From contig CBDDTI010000322.1 in NCBI GenBank assembly GCA_965233585.1, forward strand, positions 1 to 28,619: DNA of 28,619 nucleotides. Reading direction: 5' to 3'. The translations under genes and the position numbers were made by a program. This stretch comes from a bacterium. Lineage in GTDB: Bacteria > SAR324 > NAC60-12. The notes under the pieces were generated by a model. It searched no databases. It was not told the DNA's origin and was given only the letters and a program-made list of their open reading frames with translations. Position 1 is the first letter of the stretch. Each line of letters begins with the position of its first letter. Below, piece after piece: positions 11,064 to 21,491 of this stretch.

Positions 11064-11426
11064 ATGGTGGATGTTGAGAGCGATGACCCCGTAAAGCAAT
11101 CAGAACTGGAAGAACTGAAGAACAAGGTGAGCAAAATGAATAAGAACCTCATAACCATAATGAACACTGTTAAGAACATAGAATATAACCTGAACAACAA
11201 GAAGGAAGAGAACAAAGAAAATACCAACGACAAAGACAAAGAAAGAATAAACAAAGCCTTTGAAAAGAAGCAGATAGGCAGACCCGTCGGTTCGTGGGAA
11301 GATAAAAGGAAACAATACTTTGAGTGGATTACATCGGGTAAAATCACACAACCCAAAGAAGAAACTTTAGCATACTACCAAATCAATAAAGACCCGTCAA
11401 ACAACTCCTATGTGTTGCTGTCATAG
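11064..11426 (+). CDS. Hypothetical coiled-coil protein with GRP (AT-hook-like) motif
   Basis: N-terminal heptads; KKQIGRPVGS; two TCTA (11011, 11027) in the AT-rich leader. Confidence 0.65.
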   Translation: MVDVESDDPVKQSELEELKNKVSKMNKNLITIMNTVKNIEYNLNNKKEENKENTNDKDKERINKAFEKKQIGRPVGSWEDKRKQYFEWITSGKITQPKEETLAYYQINKDPSNNSYVLLS

Positions 11427-11456
11427 TTTCATATTTTAAATATATAGTTTTATAAT

Positions 11457-12089
11457 ATGAAATTACTTGAACTGTTTTCTGGAACGGGAAGTGTAGGCAA
11501 AGTCGCCAAAGAGTTAGGTTATGATGTTGTCTCGTTGGACTTGAAGGATGCCAACATCAACACTGACATACTCAATTGGGATTACAAACAATTCAACAGA
11601 AACAATTTTCAAATCATTGGGGCTTCTCCCCCTTGTGTTGAATATAGCATTGCCAAAACCACTGGTGTTAGAAAAATAGATTATGCCAACAGCATCGTTC
11701 AAGAGACCATTGAAATAATCACATACTTCAATCCATCAGTATGGTTCATAGAAAACCCACAGACTGGATTGTTGAAACATCAGGACTTTATGAAAGACTT
11801 TGATTACTTTGACATTGATTATTGTAAATACGGCTTTCCATACAGAAAAAGGACAAGGATATGGACGAACCTAACCAGTTGGAAACCAAGACCATTATGT
11901 AAAAAAGATTGTGGAAACATCATTAACAATAAACATAAAGAAACAGCCCAACGGATGCCATCAGGCAAAAAGAGCGACTGGGGTAATGATTACATAATAC
12001 ATCGTCAAGATGAATTATATAGAATACCCAGTGAGTTAATCAATGAAATTTTTACATCAATCGTCCTCAATGAAGGTCAGGGAGAATGA
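11457..12089 (+). CDS. C5-cytosine DNA methyltransferase (compact viral type)
   Basis: Motif I LELFSGTGS, catalytic SPPC, IENP, RKRTR. Open frame. Confidence 0.9.
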   Translation: MKLLELFSGTGSVGKVAKELGYDVVSLDLKDANINTDILNWDYKQFNRNNFQIIGASPPCVEYSIAKTTGVRKIDYANSIVQETIEIITYFNPSVWFIENPQTGLLKHQDFMKDFDYFDIDYCKYGFPYRKRTRIWTNLTSWKPRPLCKKDCGNIINNKHKETAQRMPSGKKSDWGNDYIIHRQDELYRIPSELINEIFTSIVLNEGQGE

Positions 12090-12884
12090 ACAATTCACAT
12101 TGTTCAAATCAACAACATTACCATAACTATTGACCAATTTGAAGTGTAGTGTTCTCAACACTCTATTTGAAACATTGATGTAATCAACACTGATGATTTC
12201 ATTGTCATAGATGACTGAACCGAAGGGGGCATTAATCGGGATTTTCTTAACGATGTTGTAAGCACCCGTAGAACCTAATTGTTTAGCGTCGCTCAATTCA
12301 CTACAAGTAAGGTATAAATTTCTCAACGCTAATAATGTCAAATACCCGCTTTTCCAATCTGGATAGTTCAACGATGAGGTGTAGTTTCCTAAAACCTGAT
12401 TGATGGATTTTAAGTTATTTCTGTCATAAGATGTTCCCGTCCATTGGATGGTGTTATACTCCATCTCATAGTCGGTCATTATCTTGAACGAAAAATCCAC
12501 ATAGTTTAAAGTGATGGTTATTTTGTTGGTGTCATAGTCGTAAGATACACTGAAATAATCGTTGTTTGCTTGAAACCCGTTTGTTGCTTCGTTCATCTTT
12601 GTTTGAAGGTTTGATGCCAATGTAGCACCTACATAGGAAGCACTCAACAGTTCAATTATAACATCCGTAGTGTTTGAAAAATCCGTCAGTCTTAAGTAAA
12701 GGTTGCTGTTCAACCCCGCTTAGACTGGATAAATGGAATTCGGTATGGTGATTTCGTGGATGTAGAGTTTGGTGTCGTTCCCGCATTCTTGACTTTCGGG
12801 TAAATAGATTTCAAAATCACTGCTACTGTTACAGTTCTGGGTTCGGTGGTGGCTGTCTATGTATATCTTTTTAAATCTACTCAT
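12057..12884 (-). pseudogene. Minor capsid (penton) protein with one in-frame stop
   Basis: ATG 12884 gives MSRFKKIYIDSHHRT...SDFEIYLP...IPNSIYPV, then TAA (12720-12722), then in-frame AGLNSNL. C-terminus LHFKLVNSYGNVVDLNNVNCSFSLTF. Both ends match the PLV/NCLDV penton pattern. Confidence 0.8.
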
Positions 12885-12936
12885 TTATTATGATATAATA
12901 ACTTTAGAAATTATATTTTTCTATACATTATTATAT

Positions 12937-13638
12937 ATGCTTCAAAAAAGGTTGATGGATGATATGAAAACACAGGGACGACTACAAAGAATAAACCCCT
13001 TTGAAGAGATTGACGGTAAAGAATACAACAAAAAACACAACAACAAACAAAAGGAATTGTTGGAGAAATTCAGTAAGGAGATACAACGGGGAAACAAATA
13101 CTTGGAGGAGTTCAGCAACATCAACGACGAGACCGGACTAAAGAGGGCATACAATAACAGAACAAATTTAGGACTATACCACCACCCAGAGAATAAAACG
13201 CTTTACATAGCGGGGACGAAAGATTTTCCGCGAGACATTTTGGACGACACACTCATTCCTTTTCATATGGTTCATAGGTCAAAGCGGTATAAGACCGCAA
13301 ACGACTTCATCAGAAACAACATTGATAATGTTGATACAATTGTCAGTCATTCCTTGGGTTCAGCAACAACGATGAAACTGAACCAAGACTATAACAAAAG
13401 ATTTACCACCAGAACCTATGGAACACCAACCGTAAGTTTTAATGACAACACTGACAGTAAGAACACGAGGTTCAGGGCAGTAGGCGACCCAGTCAGTATG
13501 TTTGACAGAGGCGTGGATATAACAGTCAATAAGAACAGTTATAATCCTTTATACAATCACGGCTTTCACGCCGTCCATTTTGGAGATATGGGAAAGTCAG
13601 AAAAGAATGTGGCAGAACCAATCAACAAGATAATGTGA
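12937..13638 (+). CDS. Class-3 lipase-like alpha/beta hydrolase
   Basis: LYIAGT, nucleophile elbow SHSLG, TYGTP, GDPVS, late His. Start reassigned to 12937 (TCTA 13 nt upstream). Confidence 0.85.
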   Translation: MLQKRLMDDMKTQGRLQRINPFEEIDGKEYNKKHNNKQKELLEKFSKEIQRGNKYLEEFSNINDETGLKRAYNNRTNLGLYHHPENKTLYIAGTKDFPRDILDDTLIPFHMVHRSKRYKTANDFIRNNIDNVDTIVSHSLGSATTMKLNQDYNKRFTTRTYGTPTVSFNDNTDSKNTRFRAVGDPVSMFDRGVDITVNKNSYNPLYNHGFHAVHFGDMGKSEKNVAEPINKIM

Positions 13639-13663
13639 TTTTACTTTATATAAGTCATATTAT

Positions 13664-13894
13664 ATGGAAGACATCGTAAGGGAATATTTGAAGAACAACA
13701 GACAGGAAATGAAGAAGTTGAAGAACGAGAATACCAAAAAGAAAAAACATCTAACATACAATGAAATCAAGAAGGTCATAGAGAGCGGAAAAGATATAAA
13801 GAACAACGAAAATCAACCTATAGAAAACAAACCCCAAAACAAAGGGAAGAAAACCAAAAATACATTTAAAAAATATATCTTCGACATAACTTAA
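13664..13894 (+). CDS. Small Lys/Asn-rich hypothetical protein
   Basis: Fills the lipase-MCP gap; AT-rich TATATG start context. Confidence 0.55.
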   Translation: MEDIVREYLKNNRQEMKKLKNENTKKKKHLTYNEIKKVIESGKDIKNNENQPIENKPQNKGKKTKNTFKKYIFDIT

Positions 13895-13944
13895 TTTAAT
13901 ATAACCTAATCATCAAAAATTTTCTGTATAGAATATATACAAGT

Positions 13945-15345
13945 ATGGAAGCATTAGAAATTACAGATGTTCTCAATGAAAATGTCCTTCGGTATAGACT
14001 AAAAGGTGGAGCGTCCTACATTAGAGACAAACGTATCAAAACATTCTACCCTTCTTCGGTCTCTACTTACTCATCCAACTCAAACAGTGTCATCCGTTTT
14101 AATCTAACTGGTGGAGCAAATGAATGGATAAATCTGCGAAGTCTTTTGATAGGTTTTACCCTCATCAATGCCGACAATGACGGAACAAAAGAGTTGAGAC
14201 CTGCCTATAAACCATCCTCATTTTTTCAAAGAATGCGAGTGATGGCGGGTTCAAATGTTATTGCTGAAATTCCTGACTTAAACCGTTATGAAGCAATGAT
14301 GGATATTTTACAAGATGACGGTTCAAGAAACTATACTGACAATTTAGGTTTTGGTGAGACCTTCTATAATGAAGGAAATAGATTTTTGACATATACGCAG
14401 TTGGCAACGAACCCAGGTTCAAACACAGTCCAGAATGTCATTGACCAAGCGAAACCTGACAATTTCGGAGGGTTTAAAAACAAAAAGACCGTTTATTACC
14501 GACCTTCTTGTCCCTTCTTCAATGTATCAAACTTCATTCCTTTATCATACTGTCCGATTGTCATTGAACTAACTTTGGTCAGTGATGCTAATGAACCCCT
14601 CATTAATTTAAGTGGTGATTTTACCACAACGAATACTTCGTTCTTATGGAACATAGAGCAACCCATCATCACCTGTGATATTCACCGACTTGATGATGGT
14701 TTATTTGCGGAGTATGCTGAAATTTTGGAAAAGCAATCTTTACCTATAACCTTCAACAGTGTTTCCGTCCAAACCCAAACAACAAGTAGAAGCGCCGACA
14801 TCTTCACGACAATAGTTAGAAATGTCAGTAAAGCAGACAACATATTCATATCTTTCTATTCAAATTTGGGTTATAAGGGCGGTTTCCAAGAAGTGTTGAA
14901 ACCTCATAACCTTCTTTATCATCCCCTTTCGTGGGAAAGCGGAACATCAATTGCTCAAAGATACTATGAAAATATTGATTTATCCTTTCAGTTAAGTATT
15001 GGTAATACTGTCATACCCGAAATGCCAACGATGGGGGTTGCTGACAACTACAAGCATCTTCAAGAAACACGAAACAATCACGTTTCAATCAAACCTCATA
15101 TGTATAGGACGAATTCCTTTTTAGCGGGGTTCAACCTCAAGAAACTCAACAGTGCCAATTACACTGGACTGAATTTGAAGAACAATTCAAATATGGTTGT
15201 CCGTGTTAAGCCATTGTATGGAACAGACCTATATACAACAGACAACGGGACTGATACTGGACTGATGCCTGACAACATGTATATCGTTATTGAACACGAA
15301 TGTATCTTGGAGATAAAAGCCCAATCTGTCATTTTCTATGACTAA
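13945..15345 (+). CDS. Putative double-jelly-roll major capsid protein (466 aa)
   Basis: Size, beta-rich composition, PLV-MCP-like N-terminus (FYPS...IRFNL...WINLRSLLIGFTL, FFQRMRV, IPLSYCPIVIELTL), and context with penton and ATPase. Open frame. Confidence 0.8.
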   Translation: MEALEITDVLNENVLRYRLKGGASYIRDKRIKTFYPSSVSTYSSNSNSVIRFNLTGGANEWINLRSLLIGFTLINADNDGTKELRPAYKPSSFFQRMRVMAGSNVIAEIPDLNRYEAMMDILQDDGSRNYTDNLGFGETFYNEGNRFLTYTQLATNPGSNTVQNVIDQAKPDNFGGFKNKKTVYYRPSCPFFNVSNFIPLSYCPIVIELTLVSDANEPLINLSGDFTTTNTSFLWNIEQPIITCDIHRLDDGLFAEYAEILEKQSLPITFNSVSVQTQTTSRSADIFTTIVRNVSKADNIFISFYSNLGYKGGFQEVLKPHNLLYHPLSWESGTSIAQRYYENIDLSFQLSIGNTVIPEMPTMGVADNYKHLQETRNNHVSIKPHMYRTNSFLAGFNLKKLNSANYTGLNLKNNSNMVVRVKPLYGTDLYTTDNGTDTGLMPDNMYIVIEHECILEIKAQSVIFYD

Positions 15346-15357
15346 AAATGATAGTGG

Positions 15358-15396
15358 ATAATTAATAAAATTATAATGAATAATCTTATTAATTAT
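15358..15396. terminator. AT-rich hairpin between convergent MCP and 431-aa gene
   Basis: ATAATTAATAAAATTAT-aatga-ATAATCTTATTAATTAT: 17-bp stem with one mismatch. Confidence 0.65.
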
Positions 15397-16688
15397 TTTG
15401 ATTTTAATTTTGGATAGATGATTGACTTGTAAAGTTCCTTCGCTTCCTTTAGATGCTGTTTCTTATCCTCTCCCTTGCTTGATTTCCATTTACCATATAC
15501 CTCTTGAAACCTTTGATAGTCTCCTGTGTCTATGCTTTTGCTGTTGTTCATCTCTTCAAACTTCTCTCTTATCACTTGTATTCCTACCTTGCTTGGCGAT
15601 ATTGCTTTGTTCATTGTTGGTTTCCTGACTGGTGCTTTTGATGAAGATGACGCCCCTGTTTCTTCCTGTGCTGTCTCTGCTTCATCTACATTGGGTGTCT
15701 TGTTGTCTTTGGGGATGTTGATTGTTGCTCCTAATGCTTGTGGTTGGGGTTGCTTTCCTCTTACTCTTCTTGCTTTGGGTGGTTTGGTGGTTGTGGATGG
15801 GTCTTCATGAAATTCTCTCTTCTCCTGCGTTGGCGGTTTTGGTTTCTGCCTCTTTGCTTTGGACTGTCTCACGCTTAAGGGCTTCCTTTTTTCTGCTGTT
15901 GGTATTGCTGTTGTATCCGTTGGTTCGTTGACATCGGGCACTACATCCACGTTCATCTTTGATTTTTCCTCCTTTAACTTCTTTTGGTGATTTACCTTTT
16001 TGACTTGTTTGTTGATTAGTTTTTGTGTTGGTTTTATCTTGGACGGTTTCTCTTCCTCGTCTTCGTCGGGTATGATGGCGTCTGTCAGTTTTGATGCTAT
16101 TAGTCCTCCTATTGACCCTCCCTTTGCTGTTCCTCCTGCTGTGGCGACTGCTTTGATGACTGGTTTGGATGATTTAAGGAATTTCTTTAAGATGCTTCTA
16201 CTGCTTGAAGGCGGTTCTTCGTCTTCTTGTATCCCTGCCGATGCCGTTGCTCCAACGGCGTCGTATGCCCCTTTGTTTGCCATATAGTGGTCTTGTGAAT
16301 GACTTAAGTTTGCTTGTTCTGCTACTCTCCTTTCGTTCTCTTCCCTCAACTCTGCCTCTCTGTCAAAGGACATTTCGAAGTCGCTGATGGCGTCGTCCCT
16401 CAAGTCTGTCATACCTTCAAAGTCAAGGTTGGGTGTTTCTTCTTCCTTCCTTGCGGTCGCTTCCTCTGCCATCTGTTTGAAGTTCATTTGCTGTAAGTCT
16501 GCTGGGTGGATGTTGTTTGTGTTCAGTGCTTGACCCTGCGGACTTTCGTGAAAATACCAAGCGTTCCTATCAAAGATTTTTCTGATGTCATTGGTTTTGA
16601 ACTTTTCCCTGTCTATTTCCTTGATGAGTTCTGCGTAAGTGGGTATTCGTGTCAATCCCTGTTTTGCGTTGATTACTTCTGCTGTCAT
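15393..16688 (-). CDS. Hypothetical 431-aa low-complexity protein, possible virion core/membrane-active protein
   Basis: Acidic N-half, Gly/Ala hydrophobic segment (VIKAVATAGGTAKGGSIGGLIASKL), Lys/Arg/Pro-rich C-half. Function is inference. Confidence 0.7.
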   Translation of the reverse strand: MTAEVINAKQGLTRIPTYAELIKEIDREKFKTNDIRKIFDRNAWYFHESPQGQALNTNNIHPADLQQMNFKQMAEEATARKEEETPNLDFEGMTDLRDDAISDFEMSFDREAELREENERRVAEQANLSHSQDHYMANKGAYDAVGATASAGIQEDEEPPSSSRSILKKFLKSSKPVIKAVATAGGTAKGGSIGGLIASKLTDAIIPDEDEEEKPSKIKPTQKLINKQVKKVNHQKKLKEEKSKMNVDVVPDVNEPTDTTAIPTAEKRKPLSVRQSKAKRQKPKPPTQEKREFHEDPSTTTKPPKARRVRGKQPQPQALGATINIPKDNKTPNVDEAETAQEETGASSSSKAPVRKPTMNKAISPSKVGIQVIREKFEEMNNSKSIDTGDYQRFQEVYGKWKSSKGEDKKQHLKEAKELYKSIIYPKLKSK

Positions 16689-16718
16689 TGCTATATATTA
16701 ATAGTTGAGATTTTTATA

Positions 16719-17168
16719 TTAATCTTGTGTATCGCCTCTCAACCACTGTTTATACTCATCAATTCTCTGTTTCATATTCTGGACGTTCGCCCCGTAATCT
16801 TCCAATCTGTGATTTTTCCTCACCTCCCTCAACCTTGTCATTTCGTTCTGTAGCATCTCATTCTCTTCCTTCATCCTCTGCTTTACTTGTAAGACTTTGT
16901 AATCGTGCTCGGTGTTGTGATATTCAAGAAGGCGCTTTAGGTAAAGATGATGGTTGTGAGTTGGCATCCTTGCCGTGTTGCTGTCGTTGTGGTAGTAGTG
17001 GTCATAACTACTATACACTTTTTTTCTTCTGTCTGGCATTTCGGGCGTTCCGCTCCGGTAGTTGGCACTTTTGTTTGAATGGACGGTTTGTCTTCTGTTG
17101 ATGTCCTTGCGGACGTTTTCGTAGATGCCTGTTTTGTTGAGTTCTATTTTCTGTTCCTTGATGTTCAT
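16719..17168 (-). CDS. Hypothetical basic coiled-coil protein
   Basis: Open ORF in a co-oriented run; AT-rich leader. Confidence 0.65.
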   Translation of the reverse strand: MNIKEQKIELNKTGIYENVRKDINRRQTVHSNKSANYRSGTPEMPDRRKKVYSSYDHYYHNDSNTARMPTHNHHLYLKRLLEYHNTEHDYKVLQVKQRMKEENEMLQNEMTRLREVRKNHRLEDYGANVQNMKQRIDEYKQWLRGDTQD

Positions 17169-17184
17169 TTTTATATATAATACT

Positions 17185-17529
17185 TTACAAACTTTTTGAT
17201 GCTAAAGATTTCAAGTTCTCTCTCGTCGCTTTGTTCTTTTCCTCTTTGGCTTTGTTGTAGGTGTCTCTGGCGGACATCGCACTTTGTAGTTCTTCCTTTA
17301 TTTGTTTTACAAGGTCGCTTTTGAATGCTTCTGGGTCAAAAGGTGGTTTCGCCCTTGACGGTCTTACCCTTTTGGGCTTTGGGGCTGGTTGCGGTTTCTC
17401 TTCAACGGATGGTTCAATTATTTCTTCTGGTTTCTCCTCTTCTTTCGGTGCTTCTTCCTGTGTTGGCTCTGGTATTGTTTCTTCCTTGGGTTCTTCATTA
17501 TCAATCTCTTTTACGACTACCTCTGTCAT
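17185..17529 (-). CDS. Hypothetical Glu/Pro-rich then basic protein
   Basis: Open ORF; TCTA 12 nt upstream. Confidence 0.7.
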   Translation of the reverse strand: MTEVVVKEIDNEEPKEETIPEPTQEEAPKEEEKPEEIIEPSVEEKPQPAPKPKRVRPSRAKPPFDPEAFKSDLVKQIKEELQSAMSARDTYNKAKEEKNKATRENLKSLASKSL

Positions 17530-17552
17530 ATATTAATATTATAGATAATTTT

Positions 17553-18493
17553 TTATACTTTCAAAATCTCGTGCCTCAAATACGGTTTGTTCAATCCTTC
17601 CAGTTTGAAGGTTCTGTTTCCGACATCATCGTATTCTATCTTGACGATTTTGTAGGATTGATTGCTCCACTTTGAGTTATACTCCTTCCTCTCGGTGTAG
17701 TTGTCTTTTTTCTTCTCAAAGACCTTGACCATATCATTCACTTTGACCTCTGGATATTTGCGAGTGTTCTTTTCCCTCCTTGTCAAATTTACCCTGACGT
17801 CCATATGGTTTTTGTCGTCGTGGGCATCCTTGGGTTTCATTTTGGTGGATGAATGGACGGTGTCGTTGTATTTATCTAACGCTTTGGACAACATCACAGT
17901 CCAACTGCCCCGATTAAACCTGACCCTGTCGTGTATCATATTTTTCATTGTCCTTATGAAACGTTCCACAACATTAGCGTGTGTTAGGGTGACGACGTGA
18001 GTGATGCCTTCTTTCTCAAAAAAATCTTTTACACCCGCTTGGAAGGCACGGTCATTATCGCTATAAACGGACATCGGAAAACCCATTTTGTTGAAACTAT
18101 CTTTCATCGCCGATAATGTGATTGGTCCGGATTTTCTTTCATAGGGACGACGTTTGCCAACTTGCTGAAGATGTCAATGACCACCAACCCATATCTCGGT
18201 TCGTCGTTCTTGATGGGAATTTTTGTCTCTGGTTCTTTAGTTAGGGGTTTCATATCCATTATGTCAATTTGATGCTCAAACCTTGCGAATGGTGCGGTGT
18301 AGGAGTTTGAACCCCTGTATTTTCTAATCTGTTTGTTGGGCTGTTTCCTCATAAAGTTTTCCACATCCACCCTGTTGATGGTCTGGTCTTGTTCCTTGGC
18401 TTTCTTGAGGGTCTCATTGATTGAACCGAAGCCCGTTTCAAGATTGTAATAGACATTGCTTATGATGTCATCTCTTGATAGTCTCCTTGCCAT
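17553..18493 (-). pseudogene. Retroviral-type (rve, DDE) integrase split by a 1-nt deletion
   Basis: QIDIMDM (D), VIDIFSK, YSDN (D), ANVVERFIRTMK (E), YNDTVHSST. Adding one base to the run at 18132-18135 restores MKEKSGPITLSAMKDSF. Confidence 0.92.
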
Positions 18494-18539
18494 ATATTAT
18501 AATATTAGATTTTAAAATTATCAGCAATAAAAAAATATA

Positions 18540-18571
18540 CTTAAAGAAAAAACACCTATATATAGTAAGAG
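18540..18571 (+). promoter_or_regulatory. Conserved upstream motif CTTAAAGAAAAAAnnnCTATATATARTAAGAG
   Basis: Near-identical copies at 18540, 19027 and 21457; weaker copies at 1552, 1784, 2789 and 2698 (minus). All lie 33-46 nt before an ATG. Confidence 0.75.
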
Positions 18572-18579
18572 TAAATAAG

Positions 18580-19008
18580 ATGACTAAATTTGACTGTGGA
18601 TGTCGTATTATGAGTGAGTGTATCACCTTAAACAATGGTGATTACAAAAAACCTAGTTGGAATTATTTGTTAAAAACCTTCGTGAATGTTTGTGGAAAGT
18701 GTGGCAAGAAACAAATGAAATTCCAACAGATGGAAAACAAACTTCTGGAAATGGAAAAGCAACGAATGGAAATGTTTTTGGAAAATGAGGATGAAGAACA
18801 CGACACATACTTTGACCTGACAGAGTTGAAGGAACATCTCCAAACCCTCCCACCCAACGAAAGACACAAAGTGAAGGATTTTGAGAGGTTAAGAAACCTT
18901 GCCAATGGACAAGACCCCAACGAAGGAATGAGTGAAATAGATATGGTTATAAAGGAACTGGAAGAGGAGGAAAGGGAAAATAAAAACCAACCCGAACCCG
19001 AAAACTGA
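18580..19008 (+). CDS. Hypothetical protein with CxC...CxxC and acidic C-terminus
   Basis: Start reassigned to ATG 18580, after the conserved motif; MTKFDCGC...CGKC. Confidence 0.7.
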   Translation: MTKFDCGCRIMSECITLNNGDYKKPSWNYLLKTFVNVCGKCGKKQMKFQQMENKLLEMEKQRMEMFLENEDEEHDTYFDLTELKEHLQTLPPNERHKVKDFERLRNLANGQDPNEGMSEIDMVIKELEEEERENKNQPEPEN

Positions 19009-19026
19009 ACGAGCCCCCAAAAACTA

Positions 19027-19058
19027 CTTAAAGAAAAAATATCTATATATAGTAAGAG
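19027..19058 (+). promoter_or_regulatory. Second copy of the CTTAAAGAAA motif
   Basis: CTTAAAGAAAAAATATCTATATATAGTAAGAG immediately before ATG 19060. Confidence 0.75.
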
Positions 19059-19670
19059 GATGCTATTTACTTATAAAAACTGTGGATGTTGTAAGAAAGA
19101 AATGACTAACCTAAAGGTTTTATTGAACAATATTTTTCCCGCTGGAATTTGTGATGAGATATGTCATTACAACCTTCACTGTGAAAAATGTAAAGACTTA
19201 AACGATAGGGAGCGTAGATACATAGATTTCAATTATCATTTTGACTATTTTAATGATAAAAAACTGACAAGAGTTGAAAAGATAATCTATTTCTTTAAAA
19301 CAAGGATGGAGAAATCACCTATTTATTTATCCAACACGAACCGAACAAACACTCGGCAAATGAAAAGAGAAATTTATGTTTTAATGGATACATTCAAACT
19401 CAAGCAAGAATTCAAACACGACAAACTGTTCTTAATGGCGATTAAGTCTTTTGTGAAAAGGGAGTGGAAAACTACCTATCACTTCCTTAAAAACTTTCAC
19501 GACCTTACATATATGAAGTATTGTAAGAACAAACGGGAGTGTTGGTTTCCTCAAAACGATTGGACTTATACATTCAGAAATAGGGAGTTTAAGGTAAAAG
19601 ACATTTTGGAAAGGAGGGCTGATTATTTTAGGATTTTTTTTTGATCAGGTTTAGGAATTATTTTTGGATT

Positions 19671-20030
19671 CCTGCTTCTCTGCTTTTCCTGCTTTTCCTG
19701 CTTCTCTGCTTTCCTGCTTTTCCTGCTTTTCCTGCTTCTCCTGCTTTTCCTGCTTCTCTGCTTTTTTGCTTCTCCTGCTTCTCTGCTTCTCTGCTTTTCT
19801 GCTTTTTTGCTTTTCTGCTTCTCCTGCTTCTCTGCTTCTCTGCTTTTCTGCTTTTTTGCTTTTCTGTTTTTCCTGTTTCTTTGCTTCTCTGCTTTTCCTG
19901 CTTTTCCTGCTTCTCTGCTTTTCTGCTTTTCCTGCTTCTTTGCCTTTCTGCTGTTTTGCTTTTGTGCGTTTCCTGTTTCTTTGCTTCTCTGCTTTTTTGC
20001 TTCTCTGCTTTTTTTTGCTTTGCCTGCTTT
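19671..20030. repeat. Degenerate (CTGCTTTT/CTGCTTCT)n pyrimidine-rich repeat
   Basis: Directly visible; source of spurious ORFs. Confidence 0.95.
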
Positions 20031-20280
20031 AAATACTTGATTTTCATGTAAGATGCATTTTGCACAGTATTTACATCCCTGAGTATCACATGACCAACCT
20101 TCTCTTGAAAACTAGCAACGTAACATGTGAGAAGAGGTGCTTGCATTCTGCTTTGGGGGGAGGCGCTGCGCCCTCCCCCAATCCCCCCCTCCCGCTTTTT
20201 TTAATTTAAACTTAAACCCAAGTTACATTAGTTGGTTTTTGCGAACTAACCTTCTCTGGAAAGCTGACAGGATTACATGT

Positions 20281-20922
<642 letters not shown>

Positions 20923-20991
20923 GCGCCCTCCCTCAATCCCCCCCACCCGCTTTTTATCTAATCCCAAGCTTCCGCATCTGTAAATATTTGG

Positions 20992-21240
20992 GTGAACATG
21001 CTCACATGTAGAACATCCCATGCAAAATGGAAGGTGAACATGCCAAAATGTGGCAAATACCATACAAAATGGAAGGTGAACATGCCCACATGTAGGAAAT
21101 CCCATGCAAAATGGAAGGTGAACATGCCAAAATTTGGCAAATACCATACAAAATGGAAGGTGAACATGCCCACATGTAGTAAATCCCATGCAAAATGGAA
21201 GGTGAACATGCCCAAATGTGGCAAATACCATGCAAAATGA
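20992..21240. repeat. 42-bp minisatellite, ~6 copies, alternating A/B variants
   Basis: Unit CATRCAAAATGGAAGGTGAACATGCC... Confidence 0.92.
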
Positions 21241-21456
21241 CAAATTCAAGTTCCAAACCGTTGCAAACACTAGGCAAATGGTACCAGCCAAGGAATCCAA
21301 AAAAAATTCCCAAACCTGCTCAAAAAAAAATCCTAAAACTATTTCACACCCTTTTGGAAATATTTTTGCGTGAATACACTGAAGAACTTTTCAATGGTTA
21401 TGAAAAATATTTTAATGTAGAAGAAATAAAAGAGTATCTACAAAAAGTGGTAAATA

Positions 21457-21488
21457 CTTAAAGAAAAAATAACTATATATAATAAGAG
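21457..21488 (+). promoter_or_regulatory. Third copy of the CTTAAAGAAA motif
   Basis: CTTAAAGAAAAAATAACTATATATAATAAGAG before ATG 21492. Confidence 0.75.
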
Positions 21489-21491
21489 AAA

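Noticed and set aside
3432..12722. Alternative genetic code or programmed readthrough explaining in-frame stops
   Set aside because: Stops are of mixed type (TAA, TGA, plus TAG in GIY-YIG), co-occur with frameshifts, and the same codons end intact genes; decay is simpler.
13945..15345. Classification as a true virophage (Lavidaviridae)
   Set aside because: No cysteine protease seen, and the MCP is shorter and PLV-like by eye; needs an HMM test.
15422..17101. Plus-strand ORFs opposite the 431-aa and 149-aa genes
   Set aside because: Antisense shadows of charged low-complexity proteins, with no leader motifs.
19641..20146. ORFs of 77-162 aa on both strands
   Set aside because: Translations of the CTGCTTTT simple repeat.
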